A stretch of 40,853 bases of DNA from an uncultured Clostridium sp. (GTDB taxonomy: Bacteria; Bacillota; Clostridia; TANB77; CAG-508), in the NCBI GenBank assembly GCA_900555085.1, contig USJU01000001.1, forward strand, positions 1 through 40,853, written 5' to 3'. Positions 19,787 to 28,885 of this stretch are shown in pieces. The notes beneath the pieces are model-generated. The model made no database searches. It saw only the letters and a program-made list of their open reading frames with translations, and had not been told where the DNA came from. How positions within the stretch are numbered: position 1 is the first letter of the stretch; each line of letters starts with the position of its first letter. A program made the translations under genes and the position numbers.

Positions 19787-22700
19787 TTATTTTACCATTT
19801 CTTTACACTTTAACTCAGCTTGTCTTATAACAGTTTGAACTGCCTTTTCGCTTTTGTTGGGTGGATAATTATATTTAATTAAAAGCTTCTTAATTTCAAT
19901 TCTCATTTTGGCTCTTGCATCTTTTCTAATATCCCAATCTATTGTCATATTACTATTAACCGTTTCTACAAGTTCTTTTGCTATTTGAACTAAGATTTCA
20001 TCTTTCATTAATTCTTTAACTTCTGGATCATCTCCTAATGCATCAAAGAATGCCTTTTCTTCAGTTGATAAATTAAATTCATTTCCTGCTTTTAATTCTT
20101 CTTCAATTTCATTTTTTAAGTTTATTAATTCTTCAATTATTTTTTGTATGTCTTCTACGCTTGTCCTTTCATTATATGTCGCTGCAATCTTTTGGAACTT
20201 TGTTGAAAATTTTTCCATCATAACAACATTCTGTCTTCCTATTTGATTAACATACTCTTTTAAAGCTCTATTCAGTACCTCAACTGCAATATTTTTCTTT
20301 TGCATTTTTGCTAACTTATTTAATATATCATTGCTTAATAATGCCAATTGATTACTGTTGTGTACTTCTCCTATTTGTAACATTTCATCATCTTGTATTG
20401 CTCTTTCTAACATTTGCGCTACATTTGCGTTTATTTCTTTAACGTCTATTCTTTCTCCGCTTAGTTTTGATATGAATGATCTTACAGCTATAAAGAATAA
20501 TATTTCATCTTTTAATTCCTGTGATAATGCTCCTGTGCATAACGCATATAAGCTTTTAACATCATAACTATATTTCATAAATGCTTTTTTAATTTCTTCT
20601 GTTTTGAGCATCAAGTTCGCTCCTGCCATAATAATTTCATACTTATCGCTATCTGTTGTTGTAGCAAAATGTCCATAATAGAATCCTTTAAATAAATCTC
20701 TGATTAATTCAACTTTATCATTTAAAACTTTTACCAATTCACTATTGTCTACAATTTTGCCTTGGTCTCTCTTCGTATATGTTTTCAATGCATCCAGCAA
20801 CCATCTTTTTAGTCCTATATAATCAACAATTAGTCCACCAGTTTTATCTTTATAAACTCTATTAACTCTTGCAATTGCCTGCATTAAGTTATGTGCTTTC
20901 ATAGGTTTGTCTATATACATAGTTCCAAGTCCTGGTACATCAAATCCTGTTAACCACATATCTACAACTATTGCGATTTTGAATTCAGAATCCATATCTT
21001 TAAAATTCACTTCTAGCTGCTTTTTATCTTTTTTAGAGCCTATTGCTTTTTGCATATCTTCGTCATCTTTATTATTAGATGTTATTATCATATTGACTTT
21101 GTTTTTCCATTCTGGTCTAAGTTCTAAGAATTTGTTATACATTGTAAATGCAGATTGTCTTGAATATGCTACAACCATTGCTTTATTAGCCACACTTGTT
21201 TCTATTTCCTCATAATGCTTTATAATATCTTTAACTATCATTTCTAGTCTATCTGGATCTTCTATTATTTGTTTCATTGTAGCCATTGCTTTTTTAGATT
21301 CTGCTATTTTATAATCATCAATACCTTCTTCTGTTTCAAGCATATTGTAATAATCATCTATCTCATCTAATATCTTTTGATTTAGTCCAACTCTAGCCAT
21401 TCTTGATTCATACATAATTGGTACTGTTGCACCATCCATAATTGCTTGTGTCATATCGTATGTATCTATTATATCTCCAAACACATTAGTTGTTGACTTG
21501 TCTTTTGTTTCAACAGGTGTTCCTGTAAATCCAATATATGTTGCATTTGGAAAAGCATCATGCAAATACTTAGCTGTTCCATATTTTTTATATGCTTCCA
21601 TTTTAGCTTTATCAAATTTTATTGTTGCATCTAATCCGTAATGGCTTCTATGTGCTTCATCTACTAAAACTAAAATATCGTCTCTTTGGCTAAATACTCC
21701 TGTTTCTTCTTCAAATTTCTGTAATGTAGTAAAGAATATTCCACCAGATTTTCTGCCTTCTAATTTCTCGTTTAAATCTTGTCTATTTTCAATTTGTACT
21801 GGTTCTTGTTTTAAATATTCAGAGCATTTTGCGAATGTTGTAAATAACTGATTATCTAAATCATTTCTATCTGTTACAACCACTATACTTGGATTATTTA
21901 ATACTTTTATCATATTACCAGCATAAAATACCATTGAAAAGCTCTTTCCACTTCCTTGTGTATGCCAAAGTAATCCAGCTTTTCCCGTTTTGTTATCTAT
22001 TGCATTTTCTGTACTGGCTATAGCTTTCTTAACTCCAAAATATTGATGATATGCTGATAAAATTTTACTATCTTCACTCCATAATATAAAATTACTTATA
22101 ATATCTAATAATCTATCTTTTCTAAGCATTCCATTGAATAGAGTTTTATGGGTAGGCATATTCTCTAATACTTCATCTGTATCTTCAACCTTTTTCCATT
22201 CCGAAAATCTACTCCATGGACTGGTGATAGTTCCTGCTCTTGCTTGTACTCCATCACTTACAATCATAAACTGGTTATAATAGAATAGTGATGGTATATG
22301 TACTTCTTGATAACCTTTTAATTGATTATATCCATCTATTAACTTAACATCTTCTCTTACTGTTGATTTTAGTTCAACAACAACTAAAGGCATACCATTT
22401 ATAAATATAATTATGTCTGGTCTTTTTTCACTATGCTCACTGATTGTATATTGGTTAATTGCTTTGAATGTATTATTTTGGATATTTTCAAAATCTATTA
22501 TTTTAATAGTTTTATATTTTGTTTCTCCATCTTCTTGAATCGGTACAGAAATTCCTTCTAATAAATATTTAGTAAATTGCTTATTGTTTAATATAGTATT
22601 GTTATTGTCTAAGTTTCTAATTGTTCTTATAACTTCTTGTATTTGTTCCAATTCAATTCCTCTATTCATTCTTTCTATTGCTTCCAAAAGCTCTTCTTCT

Positions 22701-22813
22701 AACAATACTTTAGAGAAATCTGTACGTTCCATTTCATATCCATTTATACATTCATATTCTAATTCTTTTAACATGTCCATTGTTACATTTTCTAGTGTTT
22801 CTTCATCAAACAT
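19787..22813 (-). CDS. hsdR: type I restriction enzyme, R subunit
   Basis: 1008 aa. The N-terminal nuclease region contains RPDIIIFINGMPLVVVELK. The SF2 helicase motifs include HTQGSGKS and VLVDEAHRSHY (DEAH). Confidence 0.95.
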   Translation of the reverse strand: MFDEETLENVTMDMLKELEYECINGYEMERTDFSKVLLEEELLEAIERMNRGIELEQIQEVIRTIRNLDNNNTILNNKQFTKYLLEGISVPIQEDGETKYKTIKIIDFENIQNNTFKAINQYTISEHSEKRPDIIIFINGMPLVVVELKSTVREDVKLIDGYNQLKGYQEVHIPSLFYYNQFMIVSDGVQARAGTITSPWSRFSEWKKVEDTDEVLENMPTHKTLFNGMLRKDRLLDIISNFILWSEDSKILSAYHQYFGVKKAIASTENAIDNKTGKAGLLWHTQGSGKSFSMVFYAGNMIKVLNNPSIVVVTDRNDLDNQLFTTFAKCSEYLKQEPVQIENRQDLNEKLEGRKSGGIFFTTLQKFEEETGVFSQRDDILVLVDEAHRSHYGLDATIKFDKAKMEAYKKYGTAKYLHDAFPNATYIGFTGTPVETKDKSTTNVFGDIIDTYDMTQAIMDGATVPIMYESRMARVGLNQKILDEIDDYYNMLETEEGIDDYKIAESKKAMATMKQIIEDPDRLEMIVKDIIKHYEEIETSVANKAMVVAYSRQSAFTMYNKFLELRPEWKNKVNMIITSNNKDDEDMQKAIGSKKDKKQLEVNFKDMDSEFKIAIVVDMWLTGFDVPGLGTMYIDKPMKAHNLMQAIARVNRVYKDKTGGLIVDYIGLKRWLLDALKTYTKRDQGKIVDNSELVKVLNDKVELIRDLFKGFYYGHFATTTDSDKYEIIMAGANLMLKTEEIKKAFMKYSYDVKSLYALCTGALSQELKDEILFFIAVRSFISKLSGERIDVKEINANVAQMLERAIQDDEMLQIGEVHNSNQLALLSNDILNKLAKMQKKNIAVEVLNRALKEYVNQIGRQNVVMMEKFSTKFQKIAATYNERTSVEDIQKIIEELINLKNEIEEELKAGNEFNLSTEEKAFFDALGDDPEVKELMKDEILVQIAKELVETVNSNMTIDWDIRKDARAKMRIEIKKLLIKYNYPPNKSEKAVQTVIRQAELKCKEMVK

Positions 22814-22823
22814 AATTTGCCCC

Positions 22824-23459
22824 CTACAATTTTATTTGATTTTCAATATTATTTATAATGTTTTTTTCTATAATTGCCTCATACAATTGTTTTATTTTAT
22901 CATATTCAGTATATAAATCTTCTCTAAATTTTCTTTCACCAAATTCTTTTTGTAATTTAATAAACTCTGTCGAATTTTTACTATTTTTTTCAAGAATCCT
23001 ATTTAATATAATTTGCTCCTTATACATTAATCTTAATAGTTCTTGATATTCGTATACAAACTCTTTGATTAAATTAATACAATCTCCGTTAAATAAAAAT
23101 TTCATCTCAATTGATAATTTCTTAATCTCTTCTAATTTTATTAAAAAATTTTGTCTAATATCCTCTTGTTCAACATTGTCTATTATTGTACCAATATCCT
23201 TTAGATATATATTATTGGTTAAGCTATGAAATAAAACAGTTACATCTATAAAATGATCATAATCTTCTTTATCCATCAAATGTTTGCTTTCCTTAAAAAG
23301 CGAGATTAAACCATTTATAGTAATAAATCTATCCACTCTTTTATCAAATAATTGATGCTTATTACTAATTGTTATTTGTCTATGAGTTTGCCACAGTGCA
23401 ATAACAGCTATAATTGCAGTTATTATTGCAAAAATATTGTTTCCAATAAATTGTCCCAT
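22824..23459 (-). CDS. hypothetical N-terminally membrane-anchored protein embedded between hsdS and hsdR
   Basis: SD AAGGAG upstream. Single TM helix NIFAIITAIIAVIALW, followed by a helical region of about 180 aa. Its stop is 10 nt before the hsdR start. Confidence 0.6.
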   Translation of the reverse strand: MGQFIGNNIFAIITAIIAVIALWQTHRQITISNKHQLFDKRVDRFITINGLISLFKESKHLMDKEDYDHFIDVTVLFHSLTNNIYLKDIGTIIDNVEQEDIRQNFLIKLEEIKKLSIEMKFLFNGDCINLIKEFVYEYQELLRLMYKEQIILNRILEKNSKNSTEFIKLQKEFGERKFREDLYTEYDKIKQLYEAIIEKNIINNIENQIKL

Positions 23460-23495
23460 ATTATCATCTCCTTATACAAATCACCATTTGTCTGA

Positions 23496-24662
23496 CTAAA
23501 TTTCTATTCTGTCTAGGTCTATTTCTCCATTCATCAGTTTTGGCAATAATGTGTCTCTTAATTGTTCTAATGTAAGATTTTCTTCGCAATTAAATATTAT
23601 TTTATAATAAACTGAATTTAACTTTTCATATATATCTTTTAAATTATTTTCTGTAATATCATTTACTATAATATTTTCTATATCATTTGAACTTATGTTA
23701 GGTTGTGCACTTCCATATCCTTTAGAATTTAACAATGTTTGAAATTCATCTGAAAGAGCTAATATCTTTAAATACAATTCTTTTTCCTTACTTCTTCCTC
23801 TAATAACACCAACACGTTGGTTTAGATAGTATTTATCAAACCCATATATAAAACCAGTTTTTCCCAATTCAGCTCCAGTCATAGCAATTGCAACATCGCC
23901 TTTGTTTAATTGAAATTTATTATCAATTTTATTTGCAATTTCATCTTCTACAAACTGAGAGTTAAGAACATCTGCATTTATTTCATTTCTTAAATTTTTA
24001 ATTTTAATAATTCTATTATTAGTTTTATTTTCTAATAAATCTTTACTTTTAAATGCATATCCTCCTTGAATTTTAGCAAAATTGCTTAATGGTACTTCTG
24101 CATCTTCTTTTTTATTATTTATATAGTTAATAGCAAATTCAAACAAATTATCATTTATCTGATTATTCAGCTCTATTCTTTTATCTATACTAGACAAAAC
24201 TTTACCAATTTTAATCTGCTCTTCATAGCTTGGTATTAACATTTCAGTATTTTTTACAACATCTAATTGTACTCTCTGTCTTCCTGATGTTCCAGTCATA
24301 GATTTAATTGCAATTTCTCTAAATTTTGGACTTATTGCAAGATAAAAAATAAAATCTTCATCTGAAATATTCTTTTTACTTCTCATAACAATATATTCTG
24401 TAGAACCAAAACCAACTTCTTCTTCATCTAAAATTGTAACTTTTGATGTTTTTCCATTTTCCAAGCATGGTGTTATTCTTGCCAATAAGGTATCTCCATT
24501 TCTAAATTTCATACCTCCATTGTATTTTTCTATATCAAAAGAATTTATATATTTTGAAAACACGCCCAATTTGTCCATTGGAATTTTTTTAGATACAGTT
24601 CCTTTTTTTAATGTTTCAGTTGGATTAAATTCTATTATATCCTCTAATTTTTTATATTCCAT
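23496..24662 (-). CDS. hsdS: type I restriction enzyme, S (specificity) subunit; start placed at MEYKKLEDI
   Basis: Two target-recognition-domain halves are separated by conserved helical spacers (LIPSYEEQIKIGKVLSSIDKRIELN; LEQLRDTLLPKLMNGEIDL). GGAGG lies 9 nt before the ATG at 24662. The gene overlaps the hsdM stop. Confidence 0.9.
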   Translation of the reverse strand: MEYKKLEDIIEFNPTETLKKGTVSKKIPMDKLGVFSKYINSFDIEKYNGGMKFRNGDTLLARITPCLENGKTSKVTILDEEEVGFGSTEYIVMRSKKNISDEDFIFYLAISPKFREIAIKSMTGTSGRQRVQLDVVKNTEMLIPSYEEQIKIGKVLSSIDKRIELNNQINDNLFEFAINYINNKKEDAEVPLSNFAKIQGGYAFKSKDLLENKTNNRIIKIKNLRNEINADVLNSQFVEDEIANKIDNKFQLNKGDVAIAMTGAELGKTGFIYGFDKYYLNQRVGVIRGRSKEKELYLKILALSDEFQTLLNSKGYGSAQPNISSNDIENIIVNDITENNLKDIYEKLNSVYYKIIFNCEENLTLEQLRDTLLPKLMNGEIDLDRIEI

Positions 24663-26154
24663 ACCCAATAGCCTCCAAGTTCTTCTTAATTTTTTCTTCC
24701 AACTTATGAGACTCTTCAAATTGTGCTTTTAATTCAGTTGTTATTGTTTTCATTTTTTCTTCAAAAGGTATTCCATCGTCTTCTTGTTCTTCTGTTCCTA
24801 CATATCTACCTGGTGTAAGGACATAATTGTTTTCTTCTATTTCTTTTATTGTAGATACTTTACAGTATCCTGCTACATCTTCATAATTTTGATTGTTTTG
24901 GAAATTATGATATGTATCTGCAATTTTAGATATATCGTCTTCATTTAGTTCTCTTAATTTTCTTGTTACCATTGTTCCAAAATTTCTTGCATCTATAAAC
25001 AATGTTTTTCCTTTTTGTTTCTTGTTTCTATTTAAAATCCATATACTACAAGGTATTGTAACTGTGTAAAATAAATTAGATGGCATTGATAATATACAAT
25101 CTACTAAATCTGCCTCTATTAAATTTTTTCTGATTACCTCTTCTTGTCCCCCTGCTGATAAAGAGCCATTTGCAAGTATTATTGCTGCTTTACCATTCAT
25201 AGATAATTTTGATACCATATGTTCAACCCAAGCAAAGTTAGCATTTCCTTTTGGTGGTATTCCATATTTCCATCTAGGATCATCTAATAATTTTTCTTGT
25301 CCCCAGTCACTAATATTGAATGGAGGATTTGCTAATACAAAATCTGATTTTAAGTCTTTGTGTAAATCATTATGAAATGTATCGTCTGCGAACTTTCCCA
25401 ATCCGTCATTATTTATCCCTCTAATAGCTAGATTCATCTTCGCTAATTTCCATGTTGTTGGATTTTTTTCTTGTCCATATATAGTTAAATTTCTTGCATT
25501 ACCATTGTGTCTGTGAATGAATTTTATACTTTGTACAAACATTCCCCCAGAGCCACATGCAGGGTCATAAATTCTACCTTGATATGGTTCAAGAATCTCA
25601 ACCATTGTTCTAACTAAGCAGGCTGGTGTATAGAACTCTCCACCTTTTTGTAACTCGTTAGATGCAAATTGTCCTAAGAAATATTCATATATTCTTCCTA
25701 AAATATCTTTATCTTGTGCTTCTTTACTTCCAATTTTTATATTAGTAAATAAATCTATAATTTCCCCTAAATTTACATTTCTATAATTGGGGCTATTAAA
25801 TTCTTTAACTAAAACACCTTTTAAAGATGGATTTTCTCTTTCTATTTCTTCCAAAGCATCATCAATAATTTGTCCTATGTGAGGATCCTTAGAATGAGCA
25901 TTTAAATATTCCCATCTAGCTCTAGCTGGAACATAAAATACATTATCTGCCTCATAACTGTCTCTATCTTCTTCAAGTCCATAACCATCTTTTACTAAGA
26001 TTTGATATTTCTCTTCAAATGCATCAGAAATATATTTTAAAAATATTAATCCTAATATTATAAATTTATAATCCGAAACAGGAACAGCTCCTCTCATTTT
26101 ATCTGCTGATTCCCATAATTTTTTTTCTAGTTTTATTAATTCTTCTTCCTTCAT
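24652..26154 (-). CDS. hsdM: type I restriction enzyme, M subunit (N6-adenine DNA methyltransferase)
   Basis: HsdM N-terminal domain (LWESADKMRG). AdoMet motif DPACGSGGM. Catalytic motif NPPF (LANPPFN). Confidence 0.95.
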   Translation of the reverse strand: MKEEELIKLEKKLWESADKMRGAVPVSDYKFIILGLIFLKYISDAFEEKYQILVKDGYGLEEDRDSYEADNVFYVPARARWEYLNAHSKDPHIGQIIDDALEEIERENPSLKGVLVKEFNSPNYRNVNLGEIIDLFTNIKIGSKEAQDKDILGRIYEYFLGQFASNELQKGGEFYTPACLVRTMVEILEPYQGRIYDPACGSGGMFVQSIKFIHRHNGNARNLTIYGQEKNPTTWKLAKMNLAIRGINNDGLGKFADDTFHNDLHKDLKSDFVLANPPFNISDWGQEKLLDDPRWKYGIPPKGNANFAWVEHMVSKLSMNGKAAIILANGSLSAGGQEEVIRKNLIEADLVDCILSMPSNLFYTVTIPCSIWILNRNKKQKGKTLFIDARNFGTMVTRKLRELNEDDISKIADTYHNFQNNQNYEDVAGYCKVSTIKEIEENNYVLTPGRYVGTEEQEDDGIPFEEKMKTITTELKAQFEESHKLEEKIKKNLEAIGYGI

Positions 26155-26243
26155 TTTTGCACCTCAAATATTTATAATAATTCTATTATATTTTATATCA
26201 CAAAACGACAAATTTCTCAACAGGTACTTCTAAATATTTACAA

Positions 26244-26867
26244 TTAATTCCTATGAAAAAAATGATCATATATATAGCCTGCCTCTATATACTTTTCTGT
26301 CAATTTCATTTTCTTCTTTTCTAATAGTTCTAGATATTTTTGTTTAAACACATTTTTACAAATCCATTTTACACCTTCTTTTGAAATTACAATTTTATTA
26401 TTTATTAAAAATTTGTATTCTTCTAATTCACTATCACACATTCTTTTAATGGCTTTTCTTATAGTAATTTCTTCTCTATTAAAATATTTGCATAGTTGTT
26501 TTATATCCATATCTTCATTCCACCAATTTTCTTCATGCTCTATTTTTAATAATTCTTCATATTGTTTTATTCTATCTTCAAAAAATTCTACATCAGCATC
26601 AATTAATGATTTTTCTTTATTAAAATACACTTGTAACAACCATGCATATCCTTCATCTAAAATAAAATATTTTCTATTTTTTACTTTCTCACTTCTCCAT
26701 CTGCAAGTTGGATGCTTTTTTAACATTACATTTACAGCTTTTCTTAAATCTCCATGTGTTATTTCTTTTCCACATTTAGTAGTAACACCCAACAATTTAA
26801 TTCTCTTTAAAATTTTATTATAAGATACAAAAATACTCTCTAAAGCTTGCTCTGAATCTCTGTACAC
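26244..26867 (-). CDS. hypothetical 207-aa protein (GTG start) with two similar internal segments
   Basis: SD AAGGAAG lies 9 nt before the GTG. The repeated-looking segments are KYFILDEGYAWLLQVYF and IVISKEGVKWICKNVF. Function unknown. Confidence 0.5.
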   Translation of the reverse strand: MYRDSEQALESIFVSYNKILKRIKLLGVTTKCGKEITHGDLRKAVNVMLKKHPTCRWRSEKVKNRKYFILDEGYAWLLQVYFNKEKSLIDADVEFFEDRIKQYEELLKIEHEENWWNEDMDIKQLCKYFNREEITIRKAIKRMCDSELEEYKFLINNKIVISKEGVKWICKNVFKQKYLELLEKKKMKLTEKYIEAGYIYDHFFHRN

Positions 26868-26897
26868 TTTTCATCACTTCCTTACTATAAAAATCTA

Positions 26898-27045
26898 TTA
26901 ATGCTAGTTTACAAAGCATTAATAACAAGCAAAATTTATTTTGCTCGAATATAGGTAGTATTTTTTAGTACCTAATATTCGCCAGCGTGGTGTTTTGACA
27001 CCATTTTTGCTGTTTAGGGAAAAATCCCTAAAACCATTTTTGGCT
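26898..27045. other. array of consecutive hairpins in a locally GC-richer intergenic region (candidate ori, ssi or small RNA)
   Basis: Hairpins: TTAATGCT/AGCATTAA (26898-26922), AGCAAAAT/ATTTTGCT (26928-26945), GAATATAGGTA/TACCTAATATTC (26947-26980), GGTGT/ACACC (26989-27002), TTTAGGGA/TCCCTAAA (27013-27032). There is also the direct repeat ACCATTTTTG (27000-27009 and 27033-27042). Confidence 0.4.
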
Positions 27046-27182
27046 CTCCGAGGGAATTTTTTTATTCATTTTTTCATAATTTTTGTTTAAATTTTAGAAA
27101 AAGTCTGAACAAAAAATTCAAACTTTTCCTATTTACAATTGTTATAATTTATATTATAATTTTATTAGGTTTTAAGATTGAG

Positions 27183-28037
27183 TTAGCAAATAGTTTGGTC
27201 GCTTATGCTAACTTTTTCTTTTGCTTTTATTTCTTCTGCAATTGAAATTCCATAACACATTTCATTCAGAACTTCAACAATTTCTTCTGAAATTTCTGTA
27301 TCATCTTCAGTAGATAATTGTTCAATTAATTGCTCTTTATTATATCTTGTTGTAATAACAATTGGTAATTCATTATCATATCTATTACTAATAATTTTAT
27401 TTAATTTTTCTAAAGCCCATTTGCTTAAATTTTCACTACCAAAATCATCAATAATTAACATATCTACATTAGAATATAGTCTAATAATTTGCGTTTCTGA
27501 TAGTCCATCTTTATTAAACGATTCTTTAATTTTATCAATTATAGAGCTACTTTTTTCCATTAATACAATTTTGTTTTGTTCAATCATTTTATTAGCTATA
27601 CAAGCTGCTAAATATGTTTTTTCATAGCCTATATTTCCATAAATAATCAGTCCATTTTTCATCTCTGATTCAATACATAAATCTGTAAATTTTATTAGTT
27701 GATTTATAATAGATGTATCATCATATGTATCAATAAGATTTTCAAAATTATACTTTTGTAATCTTTTTTTCATATAGTTATCTTTATAAATACTATTTAT
27801 AATTTTTCTATACTTTTCTTGTCGCTGTTTTTCTTCTTGTTCAAAATCAAATTTTTTCCAAAATTGAATTGCTTTTTCACAATTACATCTTTCATATTCA
27901 ATCATACTTTTATCATAATTTACATATAAATAATCGAATCCAATTGGCTTTAAATTTTTATTACAAAATCCACATTTTGCACCTTCATTGGTGATAACTT
28001 TATAATTTGAATTCTTTAAATCCACTTCTATTCTCAT
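27183..28037 (-). CDS. DnaC/IstB-like AAA+ helicase-loader homologue with an N-terminal Cys-cluster
   Basis: Walker A-like GNIGYEKT and Walker B MLIIDDFG. N-terminal CGFC...CNC. It follows a replisome-organiser gene. Confidence 0.7.
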   Translation of the reverse strand: MRIEVDLKNSNYKVITNEGAKCGFCNKNLKPIGFDYLYVNYDKSMIEYERCNCEKAIQFWKKFDFEQEEKQRQEKYRKIINSIYKDNYMKKRLQKYNFENLIDTYDDTSIINQLIKFTDLCIESEMKNGLIIYGNIGYEKTYLAACIANKMIEQNKIVLMEKSSSIIDKIKESFNKDGLSETQIIRLYSNVDMLIIDDFGSENLSKWALEKLNKIISNRYDNELPIVITTRYNKEQLIEQLSTEDDTEISEEIVEVLNEMCYGISIAEEIKAKEKVSISDQTIC

Positions 28038-28509
28038 CTCCTTCTTTTTCTATTTTATTTCTAATCTTTTTCTCTTCTTTAGTGTTACGTTGCGTTACTG
28101 TAACGTTACTTTTTTCTTTTTCACTTTTCATTTTTTCACGATATTTTTGTTGCCTTAAACAATTTTGTAGTCTAATTTCTTCAAGTTTATCAGCACTTTG
28201 ATACTTAGACCAGTTTTTGATTTTATAAAAATTATCTTCTATAATAATCATTTTTAATTCTTCAAACTTTTCCAAACATTTTGTGATTTTTTTCTTAGAC
28301 TTTCCCATAATCTTCGAAAATTCCTCAACTGTCATTGGCTTATCTTCTGTTATTGATAATCTACCTTGATAATTACATTTCATTGCTATTGTTAAAAGTT
28401 GTATCCATACTCTAATTAGTGTATCTCCATCTCTTTCACTTTCTAGCAATTTTATTTTGTTATTATCAAAAAAATCCGTAGATAGTTTTAACCATTGTAA
28501 ATTAGTCAT
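28000..28509 (-). CDS. phage-type replisome organiser (N-terminal domain family)
   Basis: MTNLQWLKLSTDFFDNNKIKLLESERDGDTLIRVWIQLLTIA matches my recollection of the phage replisome organiser N-terminal domain. It is followed by a DnaC-like gene. Confidence 0.65.
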   Translation of the reverse strand: MTNLQWLKLSTDFFDNNKIKLLESERDGDTLIRVWIQLLTIAMKCNYQGRLSITEDKPMTVEEFSKIMGKSKKKITKCLEKFEELKMIIIEDNFYKIKNWSKYQSADKLEEIRLQNCLRQQKYREKMKSEKEKSNVTVTQRNTKEEKKIRNKIEKEGDENRSGFKEFKL

Positions 28510-28537
28510 ATCCTCCTTTCCTCACTTTCTTTAGAAT

Positions 28538-28735
28538 CTAATCTATCGATTCTTGTTCCATTTTTGTTAAATATTCATCTAAAGCTTGTACTCTAAATAA
28601 ATATTTTCCACCAACTTTTGAACATGGTATTTGTTTTCTTCTTACTAATTGATTTATCAACCAGTATGATATTCCTAAATACTCAGATGCCTCTTTCATT
28701 GTTAATGTTGTCCTTTGTACTTTTTGTAGTTCCAT
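28538..28735 (-). CDS. excisionase-family / MerR-like HTH DNA-binding protein (65 aa)
   Basis: LTMKEASEYLGISYWLINQLVRRKQIPCSKVGGKYLFRVQALDEYL is typical of the Xis/AlpA-type HTH. Confidence 0.75.
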   Translation of the reverse strand: MELQKVQRTTLTMKEASEYLGISYWLINQLVRRKQIPCSKVGGKYLFRVQALDEYLTKMEQESID

Positions 28736-28767
28736 AATATCACCTCCTGTCTTTTTTGTAATTTAAT

Positions 28768-28797
28768 ATTGACTTTTGTTAACAAATGTATTATATT
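28768..28797 (+). promoter_or_regulatory. sigma-A-type promoter for the 347-aa ORF, overlapped by the palindrome TTTGTTAACAAA
   Basis: TTGACT (28768-28773), a 15-18 nt spacer containing TTTGTTAACAAA (28775-28786), then TATTAT/TATATT. Confidence 0.5.
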
Positions 28798-28885
28798 GAT
28801 TATAGTTAACTTTGTAAATACTTTTTAGGTTATTTTGATAGCAGGTTAACTTTATTAAATTTCATAAACTGTTAACGGAGGAATT

